A stretch of DNA of 32,000 bases from Desulfobulbus propionicus DSM 2032 (lineage in GTDB: Bacteria; Desulfobacterota; Desulfobulbia; Desulfobulbales; Desulfobulbaceae): positions 3,060,001 through 3,092,000 of the forward strand of contig NC_014972.1 in assembly GCF_000186885.1 (NCBI RefSeq), in the 5' to 3' direction. The notes beneath the pieces were generated by a model. The model was not told where the DNA came from and searched no databases. It saw only the letters and a program-made list of their open reading frames with translations. Below are positions 12,832 through 24,018 of the stretch, piece after piece. Made by a program: the position numbers and the translations under genes. Each line of letters opens with the position of its first letter. The stretch's first letter is position 1.

Positions 12832-14193
12832 TCATTGCCCTGTCGCGCCTCGGTGCCGCCTTAACCGGGACAGGCAGAGCAAGGAGACAAGGAGCAGGCC
12901 GATAACCAGGTACCACGGAAAATAGCCCATGGTCAGACGGAAGGCCTGATCCTCGATACGCGCTGCCGGCCACTCGGGATGTAACAGCGCCGTGGTGTCG
13001 CGCAACCGTTGCATTAGCCCGGCAAAAACCAGGCCGATGCCCCCATAGGCGGCGTTGAAGGCCAGCCCCTTGAAGCTCAGCACCGTGGCGCGTTGATGCG
13101 ACTCGGCAATCTCGTTGAGATAATGGCTGGTGAAAAAGCTGGTCAGGGTGAGGGCGACGAACACCGCAACCATCGGCAACACCCCCAGATAGGGGACGAA
13201 TACCGTCAAACCGCCCAGCACCACCAGGGAACCGCCGCCAAGCAGGAGCAAATTCCTGGCAGGAGAAAACCGTTCGACCATCCCCCGCGCCAGGCGTGGC
13301 ACGAACAGGCCAAGCACCGCCACCAGCGAACCGATCAGGCCGAAACTGGCCTCCGGCAGATCTATCAGGCGATAATACTTGCTGGTGAGAGTGACGATCA
13401 GCCGCAGGGTATGATCAATGGTCATGGCGTAGAGAATGATCGCCAGGGCCAGGGGGGTGTGCACAATCCATCCGCCGGCGCGCACCGTCAGCCGCGAAAG
13501 CTCCCAGAGCGCTGCCAGGGACGACACGCTTTGCGACCGGCGCGTTCGCCCCGCCGAATCCCGCATCCGCAGGGTCACCGCCAGCGCCAGTAGGCCAAAG
13601 ATCAGGGTGAGATACACCGGGTAGCGCATGGTCATCTGCTGGGTCACGTTCCCGCCCCAGCCCACCCACCCCAGTATCCGATTGACCATGCCGGGATCGT
13701 AGACCACCGCGCCAAGGGTCATGGCAAACATATAGCCGATGCTCTGGGCCCGCATCTGCACCTCGAGCACCCGGGGCCATTCGCCAGCCAAGCCATGAGC
13801 CGCCAGGGTGTCATAGGCCAAGGCCTCGTCGGCGCCGCTGGCCAGGGCCTCGGCCAGGCCGCTGAGTATCCGGTTGGCGAGAAAGGCGAGAAAAATACCT
13901 TGCGGGTTGCCGAGCGGCACAAAGGCGAGCAGCGCCATCTCGGCGATCATCAGGCCCGAGGTGGTCACCAACAGTCGTTTCCGGCCCAGCAAATCGGCCA
14001 GCGCCCCGGAAGGAACCTCGGCAAGGACAATGGTGAAGGCCCACACGGTGTTGAGCAGGGCAAACTGCTCCAGGCTCAGTCCGTAATCAAGGAAGAGGAT
14101 GGTGAACACCGGATAATAGAATCGAGCATTGAACAGAACGCGGAACATCACGAACAAACGGATATTGGGCAGGGCGAGCGGCGATCTGTTCAT
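12832..14193 (-). CDS. MFS transporter
   Basis: 453 aa, about 12 hydrophobic segments, and an MFS-like loop motif GALADLLGRKRLL between TM2 and TM3. Confidence 0.8.
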   Translation of the reverse strand: MNRSPLALPNIRLFVMFRVLFNARFYYPVFTILFLDYGLSLEQFALLNTVWAFTIVLAEVPSGALADLLGRKRLLVTTSGLMIAEMALLAFVPLGNPQGIFLAFLANRILSGLAEALASGADEALAYDTLAAHGLAGEWPRVLEVQMRAQSIGYMFAMTLGAVVYDPGMVNRILGWVGWGGNVTQQMTMRYPVYLTLIFGLLALAVTLRMRDSAGRTRRSQSVSSLAALWELSRLTVRAGGWIVHTPLALAIILYAMTIDHTLRLIVTLTSKYYRLIDLPEASFGLIGSLVAVLGLFVPRLARGMVERFSPARNLLLLGGGSLVVLGGLTVFVPYLGVLPMVAVFVALTLTSFFTSHYLNEIAESHQRATVLSFKGLAFNAAYGGIGLVFAGLMQRLRDTTALLHPEWPAARIEDQAFRLTMGYFPWYLVIGLLLVSLLCLSRLRRHRGATGQ

Positions 14194-14368
14194 CGGTCGA
14201 CCCCGTTGCCGCCAACCGCCTCTCGCGCCGCGCTCCCCAGCCCTTCCCGGCCAACAGGCAATTGCATTGGACTCTTCCTCCGTGATCCTTTATAGTTAAA
14301 AACAGTTCTCTTCACGCGACAACCACGCTCGCTTCCATGCAACCGCCAGGGCCGGAACCCACAGGAAC

Positions 14369-17305
14369 ATGACACTGCGATCGAGAATTTTTCTTGCCTA
14401 TACAGTGTTTTTTCTCGTTCCGCTCTGTGTCGTGTTCGGCGGTGGCGGCTACCTGATAGCCTCCGCCCTCACCCACCGGGAGGAAGCGCGAGCGCAGGCC
14501 GACATGACCGTTGTCCGCCAGCTGGCGGAAACCGCCACCCAAACCGTTTTCACTCACACCCTGCGGACCACGGCCGAAAACATCCGCCTTGTTTGCCAAA
14601 CGCTGTTCCACCAACATCAATCAGGAAGGTTGACCCTGGACGAGGCCCAGCGGCTTGCGCTCGAGGCACTGGCGGCGCAGCGCGTCGGCCAGCAGGGCAC
14701 GGTGCTCTGCATCGACAGCCAGGGCATGCTCCTGCGGCATCCCGACACGACCAGGATCCGCACCCGCCTGGATGCCGCTGTTTTCAGTCGGCTGCAACAG
14801 CTGACCGCCGACGGCTACCTGGAGCACCAGCCCGGCGGTCAACCGCCGACAGCCCTTTACCGGGCCGCTTTCCCGCCCTGGGGCTGGACCATCCTCGCCA
14901 CCTGCGAACTGGGGGAGCGGCAGCGGATGCTGCCCCAGATCCTTGCCGCCGGCACACCCGCCACGGCCTTGCCGGTCGACGGCCGCCAATCGTTCCTCCT
15001 CTCGCCGAGCGGTGTATTCTGGCCGCCTCTCTTCCCCGAAGCCGCACCCACGCCGGAGCAGCGGCAAGCCCTCCTGTCCTTGGCCGAAACCATGCGTCGC
15101 CAACAAAACGGCCGGATTACCTGGACACCGCCAACAGCTCTCCAGGGCGAAGAGAAAACAATCCTCTTCCGCCACCAGCCCGACAACGACCTGCTCGCCG
15201 GCGTTGTTGTTCCGAGCGCGGCGTTGCGAGAACCGTTCGCCCAGTTCCGCCGCCTCGCGCTCTTTTTTCTGCTGCCGCTCGCGTTGGTAGCCCTCGGCCT
15301 GGCCCACTTGCTCGCCCGGCGACTTGCCGCGCCGCTTCGGCAGCTGGCCCGCGACCTGGACGCCAACGATCAAGACCAGCCCCCGCCATCCGCCGCCGAC
15401 GAAAGCACCGACGAGCTGGCCCACATCGTCATGGCCTGCGCGCGACTGCAGGCAGCCCTCGAACACCACCGCCGTCAGCTGGTCGAGGAACAAGAGGCCT
15501 GCATCCTTGTGCAACGGCAGCTGCATCAGGAAATAGCCAGCCGCAAGGAGATGGAACAAAAGCTGCTGGCCGAGAACGCCACCCGCAAAAGCGCCGAAAA
15601 CTACCTGCAGCTGTTCAAAAGCATCTTCGACAACGCCATCGAGGGCATCTACATCACCGACCCCGAGGGACGCATCCTGACCGTCAACCAATCGTTCTGC
15701 AAGATCACCGGATACCAGGATGCGGAAGTGATCGGCCGCAATCCGAGCATGCTCGGCTACGGCGATCAGGGCAAGGCATTCTACCAGGGCATGTGGCGCA
15801 ACCTCCGCACCATGGGCGCCTGGTCGGGCGAAGTGTGGAATCAGCGCAAGGACGGCACCGTCTGCCCGCAATGGCTCTCGATCAGCGTCATCCGAAACGA
15901 TCAGCAGCAGATCACCCATTATTTCGCCTTTTTCCACGACATCACCGAACTCAAGCGCCGGGAAAAGCAGATCTCGATCATGGCCTACAGCGACGCCCTG
16001 ACCAAGCTGCCCAACCGGGCGGCGCTGGAACGCCGCCTGACCAAGGCCATTGCCCGGGCCAGCCGCAACCACCTCAACTTGGCGGTGTTCTTTATCGACC
16101 TGGACAATTTTAAAAATATCAACGACACCCTGGGCCATGACAAGGGCGACCAGGTCCTGATCGAGGTGGCCGATCGTCTGTCCGGAACCATCCGCAGCGA
16201 GGACACCCTGTCGCGGCTGGGTGGCGACGAATTCATCCTGCTGAGCGAAAGCATCGACAACGAGCAGGCGGTCTACACCCTGGCCAGCCGCATCCTGGCC
16301 TCGCTCAAGCAGCCGATCCAGCTCACGCCCCACACCATCTACATCAACGCCAGCATCGGTATCGCCCTTTTCCCCGAGGACGGCCAAACCACCCAGGAAC
16401 TGATCAAAAACGCCGACATGGCCATGTACAAGGCCAAGAGCGAAGGCAAGAACACCTTTGTCCTGTTCACCCGGGAGATGAACGAAAAGCTGCTCAACCG
16501 GGTCCGCACCGAAAATGCCATCCGCGCCGGACTGAAAAAACGGGAGTTCTCAGTCTTCTATCAGCCGAAAATCGATCTCGCCAGTGAACGGCCCACCTCG
16601 TTCGAGGCCCTGGCCCGCTGGCACCGCAACGGCGTCGTCATCGGCCCGGACCAGTTCATCCCCATCGCCGAGGAATCGGGCCTGATCGACGAGATGAGCC
16701 TCTACGTCCTGGACGAGGTCTGCCTGTTCCTCGGCAAGCTGCAGGGCCACAACCTACGCATGCTGCCGATCAGCGTCAACATGTCGCCCCGGACCTTCAA
16801 CAACGTGCAGATCGTCGAAACCATCGACGCCATCCTCGGCTCGCACCACATCGATCACCGGCTGATCGAGTTCGAGATCACCGAGACCACGGCCATGAAG
16901 GACGTCCAGCACACCCTGGCCACCATGCACCGTTTCCGCCAGCGGGGCATCCGTTTTTCGATCGATGATTTCGGCACCGGCTACTCCTCGCTCAGCCATC
17001 TCAGCGAAATGCCGGTGTCGACCCTGAAAATTGACAAGCGGTTCATCGGCGCCGATGACCCCAACAGCCGCAGCATCGTCTCCACCATCACCGCCATGTC
17101 CAAGCAGATGCAGCTCAAGGTGGTGGCCGAGGGCGTGGAAACCAGCAATCAATTGCAGTGGCTGCGACAAATCGGTTGCAATGAGGTGCAGGGGTTTTAT
17201 TATTCCCGGCCGATGCCCGAGGAGGAAACCCTGCACTACCTGCAGCTCCGCGCCGACTCACCGTCCCAGGATACCACAGCCGTCCAGTCCGTCACCATCC
17301 ATTAG
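14369..17305 (+). CDS. Membrane sensor with periplasmic domain, HAMP-like linker, PAS, GGDEF and EAL domains (c-di-GMP turnover)
   Basis: 978 aa. It has an N-terminal TM, a roughly 270-aa extracytoplasmic segment and a second TM ([19 protein letters not shown]). The PAS region reads [30 protein letters not shown] is intact ([10 protein letters not shown]). The EAL motifs are intact ([17 protein letters not shown]). Confidence 0.9.
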   Translation: MTLRSRIFLAYTVFFLVPLCVVFGGGGYLIASALTHREEARAQADMTVVRQLAETATQTVFTHTLRTTAENIRLVCQTLFHQHQSGRLTLDEAQRLALEALAAQRVGQQGTVLCIDSQGMLLRHPDTTRIRTRLDAAVFSRLQQLTADGYLEHQPGGQPPTALYRAAFPPWGWTILATCELGERQRMLPQILAAGTPATALPVDGRQSFLLSPSGVFWPPLFPEAAPTPEQRQALLSLAETMRRQQNGRITWTPPTALQGEEKTILFRHQPDNDLLAGVVVPSAALREPFAQFRRLALFFLLPLALVALGLAHLLARRLAAPLRQLARDLDANDQDQPPPSAADESTDELAHIVMACARLQAALEHHRRQLVEEQEACILVQRQLHQEIASRKEMEQKLLAENATRKSAENYLQLFKSIFDNAIEGIYITDPEGRILTVNQSFCKITGYQDAEVIGRNPSMLGYGDQGKAFYQGMWRNLRTMGAWSGEVWNQRKDGTVCPQWLSISVIRNDQQQITHYFAFFHDITELKRREKQISIMAYSDALTKLPNRAALERRLTKAIARASRNHLNLAVFFIDLDNFKNINDTLGHDKGDQVLIEVADRLSGTIRSEDTLSRLGGDEFILLSESIDNEQAVYTLASRILASLKQPIQLTPHTIYINASIGIALFPEDGQTTQELIKNADMAMYKAKSEGKNTFVLFTREMNEKLLNRVRTENAIRAGLKKREFSVFYQPKIDLASERPTSFEALARWHRNGVVIGPDQFIPIAEESGLIDEMSLYVLDEVCLFLGKLQGHNLRMLPISVNMSPRTFNNVQIVETIDAILGSHHIDHRLIEFEITETTAMKDVQHTLATMHRFRQRGIRFSIDDFGTGYSSLSHLSEMPVSTLKIDKRFIGADDPNSRSIVSTITAMSKQMQLKVVAEGVETSNQLQWLRQIGCNEVQGFYYSRPMPEEETLHYLQLRADSPSQDTTAVQSVTIH

Positions 17306-17309
17306 CCGC

Positions 17310-18605
17310 ATGTCCCTTACCACTCGTTCCGTCCCTGTTGCCGCCGCGATGACGGTCTGTCCCGATTGCGGCCTGATCCTGCGCTCACCCAGGCTGCGCC
17401 CCCATCTGGTGGCGGTCTGCCCGCGCTGCGCCCAGGCGCTGCGCCGCTACAGGCACAATCCTGTCCAGAAGGGGCTGGCCCTGAGCCTGACCGGCCTGCT
17501 GCTCTATCTGCCGGCCAACCTGCTGCCGCTGATGACCTTCTCGGTGCTCGGCATCGAGAGCCGCGGCTCCATTGTCCAGGCCTGCGGACACATGTTCGCC
17601 TCCGGCCAGTCTTTCATCGGCCTGATCGTGGCCCTGACCACCCTGGTCTTTCCGCTGGCCATTCTCTCCGGGCTGCTGCTGATCACCCTGGGGCTGTCGC
17701 GACAGCGCAAGGCGGCCTGGATGCCGGCCCTGTTCCGCAGCTATCACCATCTGACCGAGTGGGCGATGACCGATGTCTTTCTTGTCGGGGTGCTGATCAC
17801 GATCATCAAGATGTCCCACATGGCCGCCGTCACCCTCAACCCCGGATTTTTCTGCCTGGTCGGCCTGGTGGTCACCACTGTGGCCGCGCAGACGGTGATC
17901 GATCCGCCGCTGTTCTGGTCACGGATGGAGGAGCAGGAACCGCAGCCCAGCCCCCTGCAAACACCTGCGGACGGCACCGAGCCGCAACCCGCCGATCTGC
18001 TTGCCTGCCACGGCTGCCACAAGCTGCTGCCCGCCGATTATCCGCAGCAAAGCGGCCGCCACCGTTGTCCGCGCTGCGGCCACACGCTGCATCCGCGCAA
18101 GCCCAACAGCATCAACCGCACCTGGGCTCTCTTGGCCACCGCCGCCATCCTCACCCTGCCGGCCAATCTGCTGCCGATCATGGAGGTCGATTATTTCGGC
18201 GTGCCCGATCGTTCGACCATCATGGACGGCATCATCTACTTTTTTCAGGAGGGCTCCTACGGCATCGGCCTGGTGATTTTCGTCGCCTCGGTGCTGGTGC
18301 CGCTGTTCAAGATCGTCGGCCTGGTGATCATTCTCCTGTCCATCCGCTACCGCTGGCAGAGCTGGCTGCGGCACAAGGCCATCATGTTCCGGGCCATCGA
18401 ATTCATCGGCCGCTGGTCGATGCTCGATATCTTCGTCATCACCCTGCTCTGCTCGCTGGCCCAGTTCGGCTTTCTCTCGACCATCAGCGCCGCGCCGGCC
18501 GCCCTGTATTTCACCGGCGTCGTCCTTTCCACCATGTTCGCGGCCCTGAGCTTCGATCCCCGGCTTCTCTGGGATGCGGCCGCCGCCACCGAAACCCGTC
18601 AGTAA
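17310..18605 (+). CDS. letA: PqiA/LetA(YebS)-family integral membrane protein
   Basis: An internal duplication: each half has a CxxC...CxxC zinc-ribbon (CPDCG...CPRC and CHGCH...CPRCGH) followed by TM helices. I chose ATG 17310, 4 nt after the EAL gene stop. The track start at 17031 overlaps the EAL domain. Confidence 0.8.
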   Translation: MSLTTRSVPVAAAMTVCPDCGLILRSPRLRPHLVAVCPRCAQALRRYRHNPVQKGLALSLTGLLLYLPANLLPLMTFSVLGIESRGSIVQACGHMFASGQSFIGLIVALTTLVFPLAILSGLLLITLGLSRQRKAAWMPALFRSYHHLTEWAMTDVFLVGVLITIIKMSHMAAVTLNPGFFCLVGLVVTTVAAQTVIDPPLFWSRMEEQEPQPSPLQTPADGTEPQPADLLACHGCHKLLPADYPQQSGRHRCPRCGHTLHPRKPNSINRTWALLATAAILTLPANLLPIMEVDYFGVPDRSTIMDGIIYFFQEGSYGIGLVIFVASVLVPLFKIVGLVIILLSIRYRWQSWLRHKAIMFRAIEFIGRWSMLDIFVITLLCSLAQFGFLSTISAAPAALYFTGVVLSTMFAALSFDPRLLWDAAAATETRQ

Positions 18606-18608
18606 CCC

Positions 18609-21323
18609 ATGGAAAAACCTGTTATTCGTCGTCGGCGCAGTGTCTCCCCCATCTGGATCCTGCCGCTGGTCGCCCTGTGCATCGGCGCCTGGCTGCTCCA
18701 CACCAGCATGAAGGAGGCCGGCATCGACATCTATGTCCATTTTGAGGACGCCACCGGCATCACCCCCGGCAAGACCAAGGTCATCGTCCGCGGCATTCCC
18801 GTGGGCACGGTCAAAAAATTGAATATCGACGAAGGGATGAAAGGCGTCAACCTGGTGATCAACATGGACAACCAGGTCCGTTTCGCCTTGGTGGAAGACA
18901 CCGCCTTCTGGATCGTCAAGCCCGAGGTGTCGGCCGGACGGATCAGCGGCCTCGACACCCTGTTCGGCGGTTCGTACATCGGCATGCGTCAGGGCAAATC
19001 CACCACCCTGGCCAATCATTTTCAGGGCTTGCCCGAACAGCCCTCGGTCGACAGCACCACCCCGGGCCTACACATCACCCTGGAAACCGACACCCTCTAC
19101 TCGTTGCAGCGCGGTTCCAACATCTACAGCAAAAACCTGCAGATCGGCTACGTGGAGGATTACCTGCTCCAGGACAACGGCACCATCCTGGTCAAGGCCT
19201 TCATCGAGGAACGGTTCGCCCACTTGATCCACACCGGCACCCGCTTCTGGAACGCCAGCGGCCTCAGCCTGACCGGCGACGTGCAGAGCGGCCTGAGCGT
19301 CAGCGTCGAGTCGCTGGCCTCGCTGATCTACGGCGGCATTACCTGCGACACGCCGCCGTCCCTGGAAACCACGGAACCGGCCACCAACAGCAGCACCTTC
19401 AAGCTGTACAAGGACTTCGAGGACGCCGAGTACGGCATCACCGCCACCCTGCAGCTGGCCACCGGCGAGGGCATTGTCGCCGGCAAGACCAAGGTGCTGT
19501 ACCGGGGATTGAAAACCGGGGTGGTCAAGACCATCGACATCAACGACGACCAGTTCCACACGGTCACCGCCACCCTGCTGCTCGACCCGCGGGCGGAAGC
19601 CATTCTCAAGGAGACGACCCGCTTCTGGATCGTCCGCCCCCAGGTGCAGATCACCGGGGTCAAGAATCTGGAAACCGTGCTCACCGGCCCCTACATCACC
19701 TTCGAGATCGGCGAGGGCAAGCGGCGCGATACCTTTGTCGAGGAATCCAGCCCCATGGTCGCCTCGGCCACCCGGCCGGGTATCGCCTTTACCCTGGTGG
19801 CCCCGGACAGCGGCGGACTGACGGTGGGCGCCCCGGTGCTCTACAAGCAGATCACGGTCGGCGAGATCACCGGACTGGCGCTCGCCCCCAAGGGTGAGCA
19901 GGTGCTGGTGCGGGTACTGATCCACGAACCCCACGCCGATCTGGTCACCAAAAAATCCGTGTTCTGGAACGGCGGCGGGGTCAAGATCGATGCCAGCCTC
20001 AGCCGTCTTCAGGTCAACATGGGCTCGGTCCAGTCGCTGCTTGCCGGCGGCGTCGCCTTCGCCAATCCGCCGCTCAAGTCGCGTCCGCCGGCGGCCGAGG
20101 CGGAAAGCCGCTTCACCCTGCACGGGTCCTACGGCGAGGCCCTCAAGGCCGTGCCCGAGCTGGAGCTCAAGGGGCTGCGACTGCAACTGCGCACCGCCAA
20201 GGCACCGCCACTCAACGCCGGGGCGCCGGTGCTCTACAACAACATCCGGGTGGGCGAGATTTTGGGCTTTGACCTGGCCCAGAACCGGCAGGACACGGTC
20301 ATCCAGGTGCTGATCAAGGACCACTACCGCGACCTGGTCACCGGAACCTCGCGCTTCTATACCTACTCCGGGGTCACGGTCAACGCCTCGCTCCAGGGGG
20401 TCAACCTGGAAACCGCGCCGTTCGACGCCCTGCTCAACGGCGGCATCGCCTTCTTCACCGAGGGCAAGGGGGAACCGGCTCGTGCCGACCAGACCTTTCC
20501 GCTGTTTGCCTCGCAGCAGGAAGCGCTCAATGCCGACGCCCTGCGCCTGACCCTTCATTTCCCGAGCGGCGAGGGCTTGGCCACGGCCACCGAGATCCGC
20601 TACCAGGGCATCACCATCGGCAAGGTGACTGATCTCAGCCTCGACCCGGCCAGCGGCGATATCCGCGGCGAAGCCAGCGTCGACCGGGAGATGGCGCGCC
20701 TGTTCCGCAAGTCCACCACCCTGCGCCTGGTGCGCCCCGAGGTCAGCCTCGCCGGGGTCAGTCATCTGGAAGCGGTAATCACCGGCGCCTTCATCGATGT
20801 CCGGACCGGGATGGGGGCACTGCAGACGGAATTCTCCGTCCTCCCCTTGGCCGAGGATACCTTCAAACCGGCCACCGGCCTGAACATCGTGCTCGAAACC
20901 GCCACCCTCGGCTCGCTCAAGCAGGGCAGTCCGGTCTACTATCGCCAGATCAAGGTCGGCCGGGTCACCGGCTACCGGCTGTCGCCCACGGCCCAACAGG
21001 TTTGGCTGGAGGTCAACATTGAACCGGACTACACCAAGCTGATCTATTCCGGCACCCGGTTCTACAACGCCAGCGGCATCAAGGTCAGCGGCAGCGTGCT
21101 CAGCGGCATGACCATGCGCACCGAATCCATGGAATCGGTGCTGGCCGGCGGCATCGGCCTGGCCACCCCCGAGGGCACGGAGATGGGGCCGCCCGCCTAT
21201 CCGGGCCAGCATTTTCAGGTCAGCGAAACCGTGGACGAGGCGTGGCTCAAGTGGCAGCCGCCGCTGCCGCCGATGGTCGACAAAGCCGACAAAAAATCAG
21301 CCCCCGTCAAGAAGGGATCGTGA
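18609..21323 (+). CDS. letB: Multi-MCE-domain protein, LetB(YebT)-like (7 MCE repeats)
   Basis: 904 aa with an N-terminal TM (IWILPLVALCIGAWLL). There are seven repeats of the MCE core pattern: GIPVGTVKK, LQIGYVED, LKTGVVKT, ITVGEITG, IRVGEILG, ITIGKVTD and IKVGRVTG. PqiB has 3 MCE domains and LetB has 7. No PqiC-like lipoprotein gene follows. Confidence 0.8.
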   Translation: MEKPVIRRRRSVSPIWILPLVALCIGAWLLHTSMKEAGIDIYVHFEDATGITPGKTKVIVRGIPVGTVKKLNIDEGMKGVNLVINMDNQVRFALVEDTAFWIVKPEVSAGRISGLDTLFGGSYIGMRQGKSTTLANHFQGLPEQPSVDSTTPGLHITLETDTLYSLQRGSNIYSKNLQIGYVEDYLLQDNGTILVKAFIEERFAHLIHTGTRFWNASGLSLTGDVQSGLSVSVESLASLIYGGITCDTPPSLETTEPATNSSTFKLYKDFEDAEYGITATLQLATGEGIVAGKTKVLYRGLKTGVVKTIDINDDQFHTVTATLLLDPRAEAILKETTRFWIVRPQVQITGVKNLETVLTGPYITFEIGEGKRRDTFVEESSPMVASATRPGIAFTLVAPDSGGLTVGAPVLYKQITVGEITGLALAPKGEQVLVRVLIHEPHADLVTKKSVFWNGGGVKIDASLSRLQVNMGSVQSLLAGGVAFANPPLKSRPPAAEAESRFTLHGSYGEALKAVPELELKGLRLQLRTAKAPPLNAGAPVLYNNIRVGEILGFDLAQNRQDTVIQVLIKDHYRDLVTGTSRFYTYSGVTVNASLQGVNLETAPFDALLNGGIAFFTEGKGEPARADQTFPLFASQQEALNADALRLTLHFPSGEGLATATEIRYQGITIGKVTDLSLDPASGDIRGEASVDREMARLFRKSTTLRLVRPEVSLAGVSHLEAVITGAFIDVRTGMGALQTEFSVLPLAEDTFKPATGLNIVLETATLGSLKQGSPVYYRQIKVGRVTGYRLSPTAQQVWLEVNIEPDYTKLIYSGTRFYNASGIKVSGSVLSGMTMRTESMESVLAGGIGLATPEGTEMGPPAYPGQHFQVSETVDEAWLKWQPPLPPMVDKADKKSAPVKKGS

Positions 21324-21330
21324 GGCGCCC

Positions 21331-21999
21331 ATGCCGCTTGTCAATCTGCTGTTCGACCTCGATGGCACCCTGACCGACCCCAAGCTCGGCATCAGCCGGT
21401 GCATCCAGCACGCCCTGAGCGAACTCGGCGTCGACCCTCCCCCGGCGGACGACCTGGAATGGTGCATCGGCCCGCCGCTGCGCCACTCCTTCGCCAAGCT
21501 GCTCGACTCGACCGATGATGGCCTGCTGGAGCAGGCGGTCTTGTTCTACCGGCAACGGTTCGCCGAGGTCGGCCTGTTCGAAAACGCCGTCTATCACGGG
21601 ATTCCCGAAGCCCTGGCCGGGCTGAACGCCGCGGGCTTCCGTCTGTTCCTCGCCACTTCCAAACCGCGCGTCTACGCGGAACGTATCCTGGCGCATTTCG
21701 GCCTGGCCGTCTATTTCGAAACCGCCCACGGCAGCGAACTCAGCGGCGCCCTCACCGACAAGCCGTCGCTGGTGCGGCACATTCTCGCCACCGAGGGGTT
21801 GCGGCCCGACCAGACCCTGATCGTCGGCGACCGCAAGTACGACATCATCGGCGGCAAAACCAACCACATCGGCACCGGCGCGGTGACCTACGGCTACGGC
21901 ACCCTCGACGAGTTGACGGCCAGCGCCCCCGATGTTCTGGTCGATGCGCCCGACCATCTGCCGCTGGTGATGGACAGCCTGCGGCAGCGGCACCGATAA
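21331..21999 (+). CDS. HAD-superfamily hydrolase (phosphoglycolate phosphatase-like subfamily)
   Basis: 222 aa. Motif I is LFDLDGTLTD, motif II is LATSK, and motif IV is VGDRKYDIIGG. The start is 7 nt after the letB-like stop. Confidence 0.8.
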   Translation: MPLVNLLFDLDGTLTDPKLGISRCIQHALSELGVDPPPADDLEWCIGPPLRHSFAKLLDSTDDGLLEQAVLFYRQRFAEVGLFENAVYHGIPEALAGLNAAGFRLFLATSKPRVYAERILAHFGLAVYFETAHGSELSGALTDKPSLVRHILATEGLRPDQTLIVGDRKYDIIGGKTNHIGTGAVTYGYGTLDELTASAPDVLVDAPDHLPLVMDSLRQRHR

Positions 22000-22017
22000 C
22001 TTCGCCGCCACGGCCGC

Positions 22018-22797
22018 TCAACGCTGCCAGTCGAGCACGGCGGTGATCGGATAGTGGTCCGAGGGAAAAAGGTGCCCGTGGCATGAACGGTCGATCCGCG
22101 CCTCGGTCACCCGGAAATGGCTGGAGACGAGAATCCAGTCAATGGCCGCCTGCTCCTCCGGCCGGCCAAAGGCGTGAAAGGTGCTCTCGTTCCCGCCCTG
22201 CGGCGCAACCTGACGCAAGGCGTCGAGCAAATTCCCTCCATCAGTCAGTAACCGATAGGCATCGGAGCGTTTATCGGCGTTAAAGTCGCCGGTGACGATG
22301 CACGGCATCTCCCGGCAATGCCTGTCCAACCACTGCCGCAGGCACCGGGCGTCGCCGTCGATGGCCGAGGGCTCGTAATCGAAGTGGGTGTTGGCGTAGA
22401 GAAGCGTCTTGCCGGTCCCGCGACAGGCCAGTCGGACCCAGCTCACCGTCCGCGGGTAGTTGCTCCCCCAGCTCATGCTGCCGGGATCATCCGGGCTTTC
22501 GCTCAACCAGAAACAGCCGCTGTCGAGCAACGTGAAGGCCGAGCGACGAAACAGCAGGGGCGCCATCTCTAGGGCCGTGTCGCCTGGACCTTGCCGATGA
22601 ACGCCCCAAAAATGGTACTCCGGCAGGCAGGCACGGACAAACTCGGCCTGGCCATCGTCGCGGCACTCCTGGAGCCCGAGCAGATCGGGGCCAAAGGCCC
22701 GAATCCTGTCCAAGGCGAAATGCTTGCGCCTGTTCCAGTGGTTGTCCCCGTCGTCAGCCAGGCCATAACGAATATTGAAACTCATCACCCTGATCAT
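22018..22797 (-). CDS. Endonuclease/exonuclease/phosphatase (EEP) family protein
   Basis: 259 aa. It has MSFNIRYG, LQEC, VTGDFNAD and the C-terminal PSDHYPI, which are hallmark EEP motifs. No signal peptide. Confidence 0.75.
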   Translation of the reverse strand: MIRVMSFNIRYGLADDGDNHWNRRKHFALDRIRAFGPDLLGLQECRDDGQAEFVRACLPEYHFWGVHRQGPGDTALEMAPLLFRRSAFTLLDSGCFWLSESPDDPGSMSWGSNYPRTVSWVRLACRGTGKTLLYANTHFDYEPSAIDGDARCLRQWLDRHCREMPCIVTGDFNADKRSDAYRLLTDGGNLLDALRQVAPQGGNESTFHAFGRPEEQAAIDWILVSSHFRVTEARIDRSCHGHLFPSDHYPITAVLDWQR

Positions 22798-22812
22798 GGC
22801 CAGGATGCCCGC

Positions 22813-23994
22813 TCAGGCCGCCAGATCCCTGGCCCGGTCGAGGATGGCGCGTATGCCCGCCATCTGCTCAGTCCGGCCCAGGTCGGGAATGAATCCCTGC
22901 TCCACGCAGTCGCGGTAGCTCCATTCCGGGGTGGTCTCGGTGCGGTAGGTCCAGAAGAACCAGCCGGCGTATTTCTCGAAGGTCAGCAGTTGGGCCGAAG
23001 CGTAGCCGCGATAGGCCGCGGCCATCTGAAACTCGTCCATGGCCTCCAGGGCATGGTTGAAGGGGCCTTCCGCCCATAGCGACACCACTTTCAGATCCAA
23101 CCCCAGACTCCATTCGCCGCAGTAGACCTGATAACCTGACTCGCGGATGATCTCGTCCGCCTCAAGGCGCAAATCCACGGCGCTCTTGCGGATGTGCCCG
23201 AAAATATCCATGTCGATGTCGTCGCGGGCAAAGCACTGATAGCGATGGATGTCGATGGCCACATTACGGAACGCCGGTTCCTGGAGAAATCCGGCATATT
23301 CGCGGAAATCGCGGAAGCCGTCGTGGAACACCACCGTGGTCCGCTCGGGCGGGCAGTGGCGGCGGATGCGCTGATAGGCCTCCAGGGTATAGCGCTTGAG
23401 CAGCTCGGTGGGGATGTCCCAGCGTGGTTCGTTGAGCGCCTGGATGCCATGCAGCGCCGGGTGTTCGCCGTAGCGCTCGGCCAGCCGTTCCAGCACATCC
23501 AGGGAGTGTTCGATATATTCCTCCTTGGTGTGCCACTCGCACACGCCGAGGATGCCGCCGTTGTCGAAGCCGTTCTGGCAGCCGGGCGCGGCATGGAGAT
23601 CCAGGACCACCCGCAAGCCGAATTCCCCGGCCCATTCGAACACCTTGTCGACGATGTCCAACCCGCCCACCACGAAGGGATGGCGTGCCTCGCCGTAACT
23701 GCGGTGATAGGGATAGTCCTTGCCGAACAGCCAGTGGCCGAACGGCAACCGTACCGCGTTGACGCCGGCGCGGCGCAACCAGGCGAAGTCGTCGCGGGTG
23801 ATGAAGGTGTTCCAGTGCTGGTGTAGGCGCCGGGTGGCCTCGGCCTCGCCCAGCTCGACACAGTACGAGGTTTCATCGGTGGCCTTGAGCCCCGCGAACA
23901 GGCTGGGGGTGATCCATTTCTCCAGCACCAGCCAGCCGCCGAGATTGACGCCGCGCAGTTTGTCGCCGTTTTCGTGAACCGTTGGAGTTGTCAT
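22813..23994 (-). CDS. Glycoside hydrolase family 5, exo-beta-1,3-glucanase-like
   Basis: 393 aa. It has GVNLGGWLVLEKWITPSLF, ALNEPRW (acid/base Glu in NEP) and YCGEWSLG (nucleophile Glu). No signal peptide. Confidence 0.8.
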   Translation of the reverse strand: MTTPTVHENGDKLRGVNLGGWLVLEKWITPSLFAGLKATDETSYCVELGEAEATRRLHQHWNTFITRDDFAWLRRAGVNAVRLPFGHWLFGKDYPYHRSYGEARHPFVVGGLDIVDKVFEWAGEFGLRVVLDLHAAPGCQNGFDNGGILGVCEWHTKEEYIEHSLDVLERLAERYGEHPALHGIQALNEPRWDIPTELLKRYTLEAYQRIRRHCPPERTTVVFHDGFRDFREYAGFLQEPAFRNVAIDIHRYQCFARDDIDMDIFGHIRKSAVDLRLEADEIIRESGYQVYCGEWSLGLDLKVVSLWAEGPFNHALEAMDEFQMAAAYRGYASAQLLTFEKYAGWFFWTYRTETTPEWSYRDCVEQGFIPDLGRTEQMAGIRAILDRARDLAA

Positions 23995-24018
23995 GGGGGT
24001 TGCTCCTGAGGGTGTTTG

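Noticed and set aside
17031-17309. Upstream start (17031) for the PqiA/LetA-like gene, and the 17366-18745 alternative-frame ORF.
   Set aside because: The extension lies in a different frame over the EAL domain and reads as S/P/R-rich junk. The ATG at 17310, 4 nt after the upstream stop, gives the expected zinc-ribbon N-terminus.
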